A DNA stretch of 63,963 bases, counting the filler, from Licmophora abbreviata (Eukaryota), in NCBI GenBank assembly GCA_900291995.1. It is 7 parts of 7 records of this genome, joined end to end, with 100 filler letters (N's around TTAATTAATTAA, not from the genome) between each part and the next. Parts side by side here need not be neighbours in the genome. Positions count along the whole stretch, not along the records: positions 1 to 26,143 come from OLMU01003026.1; positions 26,244 to 29,187 come from OLMU01003031.1; positions 29,288 to 45,748 come from OLMU01003032.1; 4 more parts are not named here. The stretch is one strand, 5' to 3'. Below, piece after piece: positions 23,510 to 33,495 of this stretch (positions within the stretch are counted from its first letter, which is position 1; every line of letters begins with the position of its first letter). The notes beneath the pieces were generated by a model. The model was not told where the DNA came from. It did not search any database and saw only the letters and a program-made list of their open reading frames with translations. A program made the translations under genes and the position numbers.

Positions 23510-24580
23510 ATGGATTCGATAACGTCAGTGTTAAGGATAGGCCCCACGGAATCGTACGAGAGTGTAAAGCTGCTGAAAAGAGCTTTGTTTTCGCACTTTG
23601 AGACCGACACCGACCAAATGTCGAGCAACACATTGTTGGTTTCAAATCGGTACTTTTCGGCCCGCATCCTCCTGGAAGATGTGGGTTCCGAGCCAGAACA
23701 CACAATGACGAAGGAAGATGGAGTGATTCTGGTGTTTGATGCGCTTGACTCCAACCCTGATATTGTCGGGGGCAACACGTCTTCTTCGTTCGATGGTCTC
23801 ACCTTGGCACACACGCAGGTCGAAGAGGCCGACCAATGTGGCGAGTTGCTGCGACTATGTGTGGGAGTTAGCCTTGGTCAAAAGTCCCAGGCTGAACTTC
23901 GTGGTCACAAATACGAAGAAGAATTTTCGAGGCGCGTGTTGTGGTGTCTCGATCGTGGATACGAATATGTCGAGGCAGATCTATCGGACGAGGGCCGTGC
24001 CAAGGGACACGAGGAGCGCGACAAGGATGGGTTTGCTCGAATTGTTGAAGCGATTTCGGGAACAATGTGGTCGTCTGCAATTATGGAATCGAAGAAACAG
24101 AAGGAATTGGAAGCGTCATATCACGATGAGAAAGAGCTAATTGCCGATGAAATCACTGCTGGGGGCGATGACCATGTGGAGGAAGAAAATCCGTATATTC
24201 CTCCGGATCCGTCGTTGCTCGAACCGGATTTATCTTTGCTATCCCCATTGGATGCTTCAATTGATCCTGTGGAGGAAATACACAAGACACTCGTCGAGGA
24301 TATTCAATTGGATTCAGATCCGGGACTTGCAGACGAGCACGACGTCGACGCGGCTCAAGAGAAAGCGTTAAACGACCTCGAAGGTGTGGTACGACAAGCG
24401 AAACTTATTCGAGAAGCGTCAATGAGAGGACAAATATCAGATGATGAGCGACGTCAGCGGGCTGCAGATGCAGCGATGCTCATGATGGGACTCATGGATC
24501 AGCTAGATATTGATGACGATTCCTCACCGGATGGGACTCCAGCGATGACGAAGCCACCTAAAGAGGTTTACCCTCTCTGA
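23510..24580 (+). CDS. AAGAB: Alpha- and gamma-adaptin-binding protein p34-like
   Basis: Pseudo-GTPase signatures NRYFSARI, GVILVFD, WCLDRGYEYVE and GFARIVEAISGTMW; C-terminal helical region ISDDERRQRAADAAM. Confidence 0.82.
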   Translation: MDSITSVLRIGPTESYESVKLLKRALFSHFETDTDQMSSNTLLVSNRYFSARILLEDVGSEPEHTMTKEDGVILVFDALDSNPDIVGGNTSSSFDGLTLAHTQVEEADQCGELLRLCVGVSLGQKSQAELRGHKYEEEFSRRVLWCLDRGYEYVEADLSDEGRAKGHEERDKDGFARIVEAISGTMWSSAIMESKKQKELEASYHDEKELIADEITAGGDDHVEEENPYIPPDPSLLEPDLSLLSPLDASIDPVEEIHKTLVEDIQLDSDPGLADEHDVDAAQEKALNDLEGVVRQAKLIREASMRGQISDDERRQRAADAAMLMMGLMDQLDIDDDSSPDGTPAMTKPPKEVYPL

Positions 24581-25174
24581 CCAATTAAATAGATTCTTTC
24601 TATGCTCCGTTGGCTGTTTGTTTAGGTGCACTAACGTTTCCTGTAAGTTACCTAGGGTAGCAGCTACTCGTACAAAAGGTATTCCTGCCGATAGCTGAGA
24701 TGACCGGTGACGCTCGTCGTCAGCCCTGCTGTACTTTCTTCCTTTACCATTGTAATGCACGAACGACACGTAGTATGATTTAACAATTATATGAATATGT
24801 ATACATTGAACGCGTCATTCGTCTTAGGGAGGGGCATAGGAGTCATTCGCACATGCAATGGGCCTTATGTGCCCTCCCTGCGACCCGCACTGCTGACCAC
24901 GACCGTATGCGCGATCTCTCCATTCGTGTGTCGCGTGTTGTGCTTTCTTTTAGAGTGATGCGATAGGATTCATTTCTCGCCGCGATAGTCTGTTGTCCTT
25001 GGAACTTCAGCCATCTGCATCATAGGTAAGCTTGACAACAGAATGGCATGGTGGCTTTCTTGAAGGACAATGTGTAAAATGTTTTTGGATAAATATACTG
25101 AGCCTCACGGAATTCCGAATATGCGATCTTACTTTTTTCTTGTTCTTTTTTTTCAAGGCGTTCTTTTGGGCACA

Positions 25175-26143
25175 ATGCAGCAAAGTAGAAGTGCTCGTCA
25201 AAGCATCCTACGCCGTCGGTCGAGTGTAAAATGGGAAGATCAGACGGTCGCAACTGCGCCGACCTTTCTCTCTGAAATAAGCTCCATCTATCGAGGCGAT
25301 GTGGGCACCCTTCAAGGAGATGGTGATCATTATCAACTCTCAAGCGAACCAGCTAGTTTGGAGTCGCCTTCGCGAAGAAGGTCGTCTTCTCTAAGCCGTG
25401 GACGATCCTTTAGCGGGTACAGCTTTGCCTCGCTAGAAGACAGAAGCCATTCCCTTGGAGGCAGAGAGACTTTGTCGCCCATGAGAAGATCCTACCCGTT
25501 TGACAACGACGAAGAACTTCAAGACCTTCTCATGTTCTTCCAGGCCGGTCCTCTAGTCTATACTGACAAGCAAAAAACAATTCAACCCATCGCACAGATT
25601 AACTTTGATGCTGAACGTGAAACCGTAGCACACGCTGTCGCGGAGGTGGCCGGCCAGGAGATTGCCATCGTCTTTGAGCCGGCGACATCTAACCTCCTAA
25701 ATCGGTTCCTAGTTGAAGGTGCAGGTCGGGTTCTACACGTCTCCTGCCACGGCGATGCGAAGTATTTATTGGTAGAGGACGGATGGGGCCATGGGCACCC
25801 GCTGTCAGCGTCAGATTTGAAGGAATGGATCAAGAAGGGTGGCGCTAGACTGGAGCTTGTGTTCGTCTCGGCATGCAAGTCCAGGGAGATGGGAGAAATG
25901 TTCATCGAAGCTGGAGTCAAGCACGTCGTATGTTGTCAGACAAGTAATCAGCAGCTTCTCAATTGTGCTGCAATCGAATTTACGCAGCAGTTATACAGAG
26001 GTCTCGCATGCCGGAATCGCCTTCAAACGGCCTTTGACCTTGCACTCCATCAAGTCTTGACCTCCCCTCTTCTGTCCGAAGAGCAACGTCATGATGAAGC
26101 GAGCAAGTTTGTTTTGCTTCCAGAAGAAGAAAGCCACGACGTG
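25175..26143 (+). CDS. CHAT (caspase/HetF-like) domain protein, 3' end lost in a gap
   Basis: VLHVSCHG (catalytic His) and LVFVSACKS (catalytic Cys), plus FIEAGVKHVV and AAIEFTQQLYRGL...TAFDLA. Ser/Arg-rich N-terminus. The ORF runs into the N-gap. Confidence 0.85.
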
Positions 26144-26243
26144 NNNNNNNNNNNNNNNNNNNNNNNNNNNNNNNNNNNNNNNNNNNNTTAATTAATTAAN
26201 NNNNNNNNNNNNNNNNNNNNNNNNNNNNNNNNNNNNNNNNNNN
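26144..26243. other. Assembly gap with artificial linker
   Basis: 100-nt N run containing TTAATTAATTAA, a six-frame stop spacer. Confidence 0.97.
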
Positions 26244-27128
26244 TTCGGAAACGAGGATCCATCGACGCGCCTGATGTCCACGGACGCCTGGTGTGACGGA
26301 GAAAGACGCCGTCGCATCTTGTCAAACAGATACTCCACACCGCTCAATCGTACCTTGATACTCGATGAAAGGTCATGTGAACCGTGTCAAATGAATAGTG
26401 AAAGACGAACGGTGGAGAAGCGCGACGACGCAGCTGCACTTGACGCGTCTCCAGATCAACTTTTGTGAGCTTTCGGCGCGCTTTTTTGGGCGGGAGATTT
26501 CGAATCTGCGTCAATCCCTGTGACTTGTCAGACGGATTCCCTTCCTCACGTACAACTTCTAACAAGTGCAGTGGCATCAAGGGAATGCTGAGGCAGTCGG
26601 ACAACGAAGGATATGCCATGTCAGCAGAATTACATCTGGAAACAGATGACGTGGAGGTTGAGCAGGTCGAATGAGTCGCGAAGGTGAGTGATGTGGACGA
26701 ACTTCCGAATTTTGAATTTTGCAGCATTCAACTTCTTTACTCGTGCTCGTCGGTGATTCGATGCTCGAGTTAGTGAGAATCTACATTGCACAGCGTTCAA
26801 GGAGTATTGGGGATATTTCTCTTGCCTGATGAATAATGCAATCCGTTGAGAAAGGAGCCTGGAGCAATCTCACGTTGTAGAACTAGCCGATGCTGGCTAT
26901 AGCCCCCTTCCACCCTTTTTTATTGATCAAGTTCATGTTCAGCGAGAATACTCGCAGCTATCGCGATTGTACCTGGTACTTTCATCCCTGATTTTATTTT
27001 TATGGCATTTGTTGTCATTTTTCTATTTTTCTGTGGCCCTTCCCTGAGTAGGAGAGGGGTACTATTTGTAGCAGTATTTACATACATCCATGCATCTTCC
27101 AGACCTTCACAACCCCAGAACGCACACC

Positions 27129-27941
27129 TTACAATGGAGACACGAACCGAGACGGTCCTTTCTTCTTCACCTGGATTTCCTTGCGGTACTCATCAAGCGC
27201 GTCCGTGGCACAAGCGACGGCCAAGCCTACTGTTTTCTTGGTGCGAGTCGACTTTTGCTTCGGATCGCGAGGCTTGTGCTCGTTCTCAACGGTCGCCTCC
27301 TCCGTGCGCGATGCCTGCATTTCGGAAAGGGCTTCCGCTGCTGCCTGCGCTGCAGCTGCTTTCTTCATTCGCTTGAGCTTCTTGCGCCTCTTCTTGTTCG
27401 ACAAGCGACTAATTGATGCCGAAGCTCGGGGAGGAAAAGCCGCCTCGTCCTCTGTCGGCACGAGGGCATCGGCGCCTTCCTCCATTTCCACAACTGCTGG
27501 CGCTTCGTTGGTCGGCCCGGCAGCCGTGACGTCCGAAAGTTCATGATCCTTTTCCTCCGACTCCAGCTCATCGATGGCTTCCACCGAGACAGCGAAAGGA
27601 TCCAGTCGCGTCTGTGACTCGTCCTCTTCATTCCCGAACGAAATCACGCGAGGACGGCGTTTCGGTTCTTCTTCTGCCTCCTCCCCAATGGCGGCAGCCG
27701 CCAACCCGAAGGAAGACGGGTCGATCGAAGGGAGATCCGTGTCCACCGACGAGGATGGAGAAGGTGACCTCATCGACACGGCGTCTTCGCAGTAGTCGTA
27801 CGAATCATCATCGTCCAAGTCCATGCAGTCATGTTCCTCGTTCTCCACCATGACGTAGTCATTGTCCGCGGTCATCGCAAGAGGCGAGGTCAAGGCCGTA
27901 GACTCCAGCATGCTGGTGGTGGGAACAGTTTCAGACGACAT
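27129..27941 (-). CDS. Hypothetical acidic disordered protein with a basic NLS-like C-terminal motif
   Basis: 270-aa ATG-initiated ORF, D/E/S-rich, containing LSNKKRRKKLKRMKK. Confidence 0.65.
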   Translation of the reverse strand: MSSETVPTTSMLESTALTSPLAMTADNDYVMVENEEHDCMDLDDDDSYDYCEDAVSMRSPSPSSSVDTDLPSIDPSSFGLAAAAIGEEAEEEPKRRPRVISFGNEEDESQTRLDPFAVSVEAIDELESEEKDHELSDVTAAGPTNEAPAVVEMEEGADALVPTEDEAAFPPRASASISRLSNKKRRKKLKRMKKAAAAQAAAEALSEMQASRTEEATVENEHKPRDPKQKSTRTKKTVGLAVACATDALDEYRKEIQVKKKGPSRFVSPL

Positions 27942-28325
27942 AGCGGACGTGATGAAGGGACGACAAGAAAGACGACTAACGACGTTTGGCGAGAGCGAAG
28001 AGACACGGCGAACAAAGTGCGATGATGTTGCGATGATGCTGTTGTTCTGTTCCGGCCTGACGGAACTTCCGAAATTCTGGCGCGACTGAATCTTTGAATT
28101 TCATACAGCGCTGTAGGAATGTAATGCTTTTCAAAGTTGAGGAATCTTTTCAGCGATATCTTGTGACGTCGCACTCCCGGCAAAACTCAACTCGTGACTC
28201 GACTCAACGTCTACGAGTAGGACCGTGTTCAAACGCTATTTTTCTTTCTCGTTGTCGAAGCGAACCTGGGCTCGTCGCTAGCTAAAGTGCTAGCTAGCTA
28301 GTTATGGTACATTACGATGCTTAAT

Positions 28326-31300
28326 CTAATCGTAGTGCTTTCGTCGATACTTGAAGTATTCTCGTCTTGCACTTACACTCACGAGTCGCTTCTCGGGAAG
28401 AATGCATGCTGTCAGGCGTCCACCATACACACAGCCAGTATCCAGTCCGATGGCATGTTCATATTGCTGGAGCCCTCGATCAGCATCGTGTCCGAACAAG
28501 ACTGTCTGTGGGCCGTCCCACAGCCTCGCCCAAGGCCAGTTGTTGAAGAACTTGGATGTGACTGTGCCATCCGGGAGAATGCTCCTATTGAACGTCACCA
28601 ACCACGTTAGATGCGACACAATTTAGATTGAATACTAGACGTCCGAAAGACTCACCGCATGTTCATCATCAATCGAGGGTTCTGCTTGGCCAGGCGGATA
28701 CCCGAGACAAAGCCAGCGTGAACAAACAGAGCTCCGAGCTCCTTGCTTGATATGTACCAAGGTAGACTATGCATCCATTTCATGTCAGCCTGTGTGAGGC
28801 ACGACGCAATATGAAAGTGTTCCGAGCCGACGACGGGAGGGTCGACACCTGACACACAACGAAAAAAATTGAAGGGTGAGAGATGCACTAGGGAGGCTCA
28901 TAGGCGTAAAACAAGCCGCTCAATTCAACGCACCAGACTTGATGGCTTGGTGCCAACGAATGACCTCAAAGTCGTGGTTGCCTCGCACTCCGATTGCACC
29001 GATCTCGCGAGCCATTTGAACGACCGAGATACTATCAGGGCCCTTGCTCACGAGGTCTCCCAGGAACACGACTTGGTCGCCAGGTTGATAATCACAAAGG
29101 CGTAGTAGGTCCTGTAACTCGTCAATACAGCCGTGCACGTCACCGATGGCAATCACACGAGGTTGTCGTTGTACAGCGCGGGCAGTTNNNNNNNNNNNNN
29201 NNNNNNNNNNNNNNNNNNNNNNNNNNNNNNNTTAATTAATTAANNNNNNNNNNNNNNNNNNNNNNNNNNNNNNNNNNNNNNNNNNNNTCACCGATGGCAA
29301 TCACACGAGGTTGTCGTTGTACAGCGCGGGCAGTTGCCGCATCCAAAAGGAGAGGTCCAAGCTCTCCTTTGAACGGTGCTGTGAGTTCATTCGCAGCGGA
29401 GTAATCAAAGAACACGCCGTCGTAGTCACCCCCAGCATACAGTTCGCCGTTGGGTGGTGAATTGGGATCCGCGTCTAACTCCAGCGGTGGCGGTGACTTT
29501 TCCTTCTGTTTGGCACGTCTCTTCTTCTTCGATTCTTTGTTCAACTCGGCGACAGCAATATCTTCGATAGGACCGTCGCCGTCGTCGTCCTCAAAGAGAA
29601 ATTCTTCTACAATCCGGTCACGAATCTCATTGGGCCATCCTCCTTCTTCCTTCGTCGCGGCAGCTAAGGCGAGAGATAGATCACCGTCGTCCATGGCCTG
29701 CCCTAGAGCAGCATCAATCCTGGCCGCCCGTTTCTCGATATCTTCGCTAGAAAGGTCACCCTTTCCGTCAAGGCTGAACTCAATTTGCACGTCAGCAACG
29801 CCTCCGTCACCGTCACCTAGCTTTAACTTGTTGATTTCTACCGACAGACCATCAAGTTTGGATTTGAGTACTGATGATATTCCTCGCGCCAACACACGTC
29901 GAAGCGACTGCCCATCGTCCCCAGTTCCATCCGACGCGAGCTCGTCTCTTGAAACGCCAATAGAGAATTTGAGAACAAAGCCCATCATTTTCCACTGTTG
30001 TTCTTCCACTGGTTTCTTTTTACTTGTCGAGTCGCGCACCATCTTCCGTTTCTTCTTCCCGAATCCGCGAGGAGATGGATACGTGTGAACTGTCTTCCCA
30101 AGCGTGTCTTCTGATAGCGTTGGAGTTTGGCTGCTCTTATCGTCAGATTCGTCAACCTGTCGCAACAGAGACAAAACATTGTCGTCTTCTTCGATTGGTT
30201 TGAGGATATCAGCGATACTCAAAGATGACCCCGGCTCTGGACGAGCATTGTCAGCGTTGCTGGATACAGAAACGAGGTCTACAATTGACACAGCGTCGCC
30301 AGATCCGTCCAACGAGTCCAGCGCGGCCGTCTGGTCCAACTGAAGCGGCCGGACACTCTGCTGAAGCTTGTAGTCTTTTACAATCCCACGCAGATCTTTT
30401 GGGCACACATCCCATTTCATCGTAGCACTGACAAAGTACTCACAAAACAAACCCAGCTCCTTTTTGTCGATATCTTCTGCCATGGACGAGTACAACAATG
30501 GGCCATAATCCCGCATATTCGTTGTTACTGCACTGGCCCAATCCAGCGTGCTCCCATCATCTGTCGATTGTCGATAGGCCAACTCGATTGCACGAAGTGG
30601 AGGGTCCGCATTGATCGGGGTCCCCCCAACCAACATTTCCATCCCCCGTCGTACCATCTTTCGCCCCCGATTACGTTTCGTTTGTTGTTGCTGCCTCTTC
30701 TTGCGAACACTAGACCTGATACTGCGACTCTCTTCTTCGGCACGGTTTCGTCGAATCTTAATTTTGTTGCCATCCGTCGTTAGTTCATCAGATTGCTCTG
30801 CTGAGAAAGGCAACTCCTCGTCGTCGCCTTGTTCTTGCCCAGAGACACGACTCTTTTCATCAGTACTATCATCGTCCTGTGTTTCCAGCGCTTGCGATGA
30901 TCGATAGAACAGCTCACTTACAGGAAGCACTCCGTCAAGAGAATCTTCTGAAGCGTCCGATTCCCCATTAGACGACTTGGAGTCGCGAGTCGCTGCCGTG
31001 GCCTTGGCAGAAGACGACGATAACGAGGAAGATAGGTCTGGCGGAAACAAGTCACTGATCGATGGCAGTTTTGCATCCCTATCGCCGCCTGATTTTCCAG
31101 ATTTTTTCGACTTGCTCGACTTCTTCACACTCTGTCGTGGTGTTACGCGATCGTCCCCACTGTCGCCCTCACCCGCATCCGCTCGTCCCAAGAACTCTTC
31201 CCATGACGACAAACCACTCGACAACGAATCCCTCGTTTCGGAAGCACCTCCACTGCGACGAGCGTCAGACCACAAACTAGGAAGCGGTGGTGGCAGTAAA

Positions 31301-31980
31301 GACGAAAATGATGAGTCCTCGATCGATTCTCTCTGTTTGTTGCTGCTCCTTCGTCTCTTGTTGGATGCTGACGAAGACATCAACGATATATCCCCGTGCT
31401 CGCCGGCGGGTGCGGGGAGCAAAGAAGTGGAACCATTCCGTCGTTCACTAGACGATCGTTTCATGGTGGTCCGCCGTCCATTCCGACGTCGTTGTCGACT
31501 CCTGCTTCGCTTCGAGGATGGTAGTGGCGGCGTGCTTGTGGGCGCGCCAGTGTTCAATGGAGTTTTTCCCGCGTTCTTCACATCTGACTTTCGCGACGGA
31601 AAATCCTTTTCCATCGGTTTCGATAAGGCGGATATTGCCCTATCCTTAGATCTCGCCAATCGTTTGGCTTTATCATCCTGTTTTTCACCGTCTCTTCGTT
31701 CCCTAGAGGTTGATCCATCGTCAGAATCGTCTGACTTGCTCTTGATGGTGCGTTGCTGAAATGTCGATGACGCGATAGTAGAAATTAACGGGCAAGTGTA
31801 CGGCGCATGGTCGCGCGAGCATCGTCCGAAATTCGGAATGACAAATCCAAGAGTGGTCGAAACAAGGCCCAGGACAAGCCATGAGATCACGTGCTTTGGA
31901 TTTTTCACGAGAAAATTGTAAACTAGTGTACAGGGGTGAGCAGTCTGAGGTCGCAGTTGACATGGTCGACGTCGTATCAT
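28326..31980 (-). CDS. ApaH-like (ALPH) calcineurin-like metallophosphoesterase with a long low-complexity N-terminus; probable plastid presequence
   Basis: [33 protein letters not shown] and [14 protein letters not shown] lie across exons 28326-29187. The contigs overlap across the gap, joining this to ORF 29288-31980, which has a hydrophobic signal ending TLG|FVIP. Confidence 0.85.
29188..29287. other. Assembly gap with linker; flanks overlap by 48 nt
   Basis: 29140-29187 is identical to 29288-29335. Confidence 0.95.
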
Positions 31981-32194
31981 GCTCCAAAATCCACCTTGCA
32001 CGTCGTTCCAAATTCGCGGATGATGTGTCGCGGTGGCCCATCAAATTTGTGTTGGTGGCAGTGACGACGTTGGCAGCAGTGCGTTGTCAAACATTCCTAA
32101 TTCCTTCTTCTTTTCATCTCGCACGACAACGCGCGCCTCCCGGCGGTGAGAACTTCATGTTTGGCTCTAGAAATCCAACAGAACCAAGTCGACC

Positions 32195-33456
32195 ATGACG
32201 AACAACGACGCCGGAAATATCTCGCCTCCACGTCGATTCATCTTTACAGAGGTCGATATGGAGGCCTTTCGTGGCTCCAATGCTAAGAAAGAGCTACTGG
32301 GACTAGTTCAGGCAATGGGAAAGAGCTGTGGAACGGCTAATCTTGACGAGTACGATCCTGACGCCCCTCTTCGACATTTGAGTCCTTCTATGGCAAGTTT
32401 GCATGGATCGTTGCGTCAAATGAAACAATGGCTGTCTGAAGTGCCTCCTGACACATCAGTAAAAGCTCGCTTCGGAAACCCGGCGTTTCGTCAGTGGCAT
32501 GTTCGCCTCAAGGCGCGATCCGAATCGATAGTGAAGGCGATGCTGGAATGTCACGAGTTGTATCCCCCCAGAGAAAATGACGAGGACCATGACGACGAGA
32601 CGCTGGAATCCTGTTCGATAAAAGGCTTTGAGGCGGCGGCTATGGAACCATCCACTTGTCCCGCGGCAGTCAGTGACGATAAACTCATCGTGGAGCTCAT
32701 GGCGTATCTGCACGACGCATTTGGTCATCCCGTTCGTCTCGACTATGGTACGGGTCACGAGTCGTCCTTTATGGTTTTTCTCTATACCTTGTGCAAGGTA
32801 GGATGTTTTGGAAACCCACTTGACAAGGCTCCTACCCCCCAACGGTGTAAGTCGGTTGCACTCAGTATCTTTTCACAGTACTTGAGCGTCACACGAGGCC
32901 TGCAGAAGGACTACATGCTGGAACCAGCCGGATCGCATGGAGTCTGGGGACTCGACGACTATTACTGTCTACCGTTTTACTTTGGATCCTGTCAACTTTC
33001 TACTGTTGAAGATTATACGCCCAACTCCATTCACGATCTTTCTGTATTGCGAGATCATTCCGACAAGTACATGTACTTTGGTTGTATTCGATACATCCGT
33101 GATCTTAAAAAGGGGGTGCCCTTTTTCGAAACTTCGCCTATGTTGAATGATATAAGCGGCCTTCCTCTATGGAGTAAGGTCGGGAGTGGACTATTGAAGC
33201 TGTATGAGGGGGAAGTTCTGGACAAGTTACAAGTCGTGCAGCATTTTGTGTTTGGGAACGTGTTTCGAGGTACGTTTTCCCCGGCATCTGTATGAGATAT
33301 TAGTGATTCTACAGGAAGACTAAAGCGATTTGTTCCGTTTTCCGCTTCCTGCCAACAGCTACTTGGGTACCGTCGGAGCAGCCGCGGGAGGCCCCGACTG
33401 AGCGTTTCCGTGGAACTGTGCCAGAACCCGCAACAAGGGCACCATGGGCCGTGTAA
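32195..33456 (+). CDS. PTPA: Serine/threonine phosphatase 2A activator (PTPA/RRD)
   Basis: RFGNPAFRQW, RLDYGTGHE, YMLEPAGSHGVWGLDDY and C-terminal TRAPW. Intron at 33270-33358. Confidence 0.96.
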
Positions 33457-33495
33457 CCGGCGTCGACTTCACATACCATCTTTCGTTAGCGAACT

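Noticed and set aside
29140..29335. Direct repeats flanking gaps read as target-site duplications of a mobile element
   Set aside because: They are contig-end overlaps within coding sequence, and no transposase, reverse transcriptase or terminal repeats were seen in the window.
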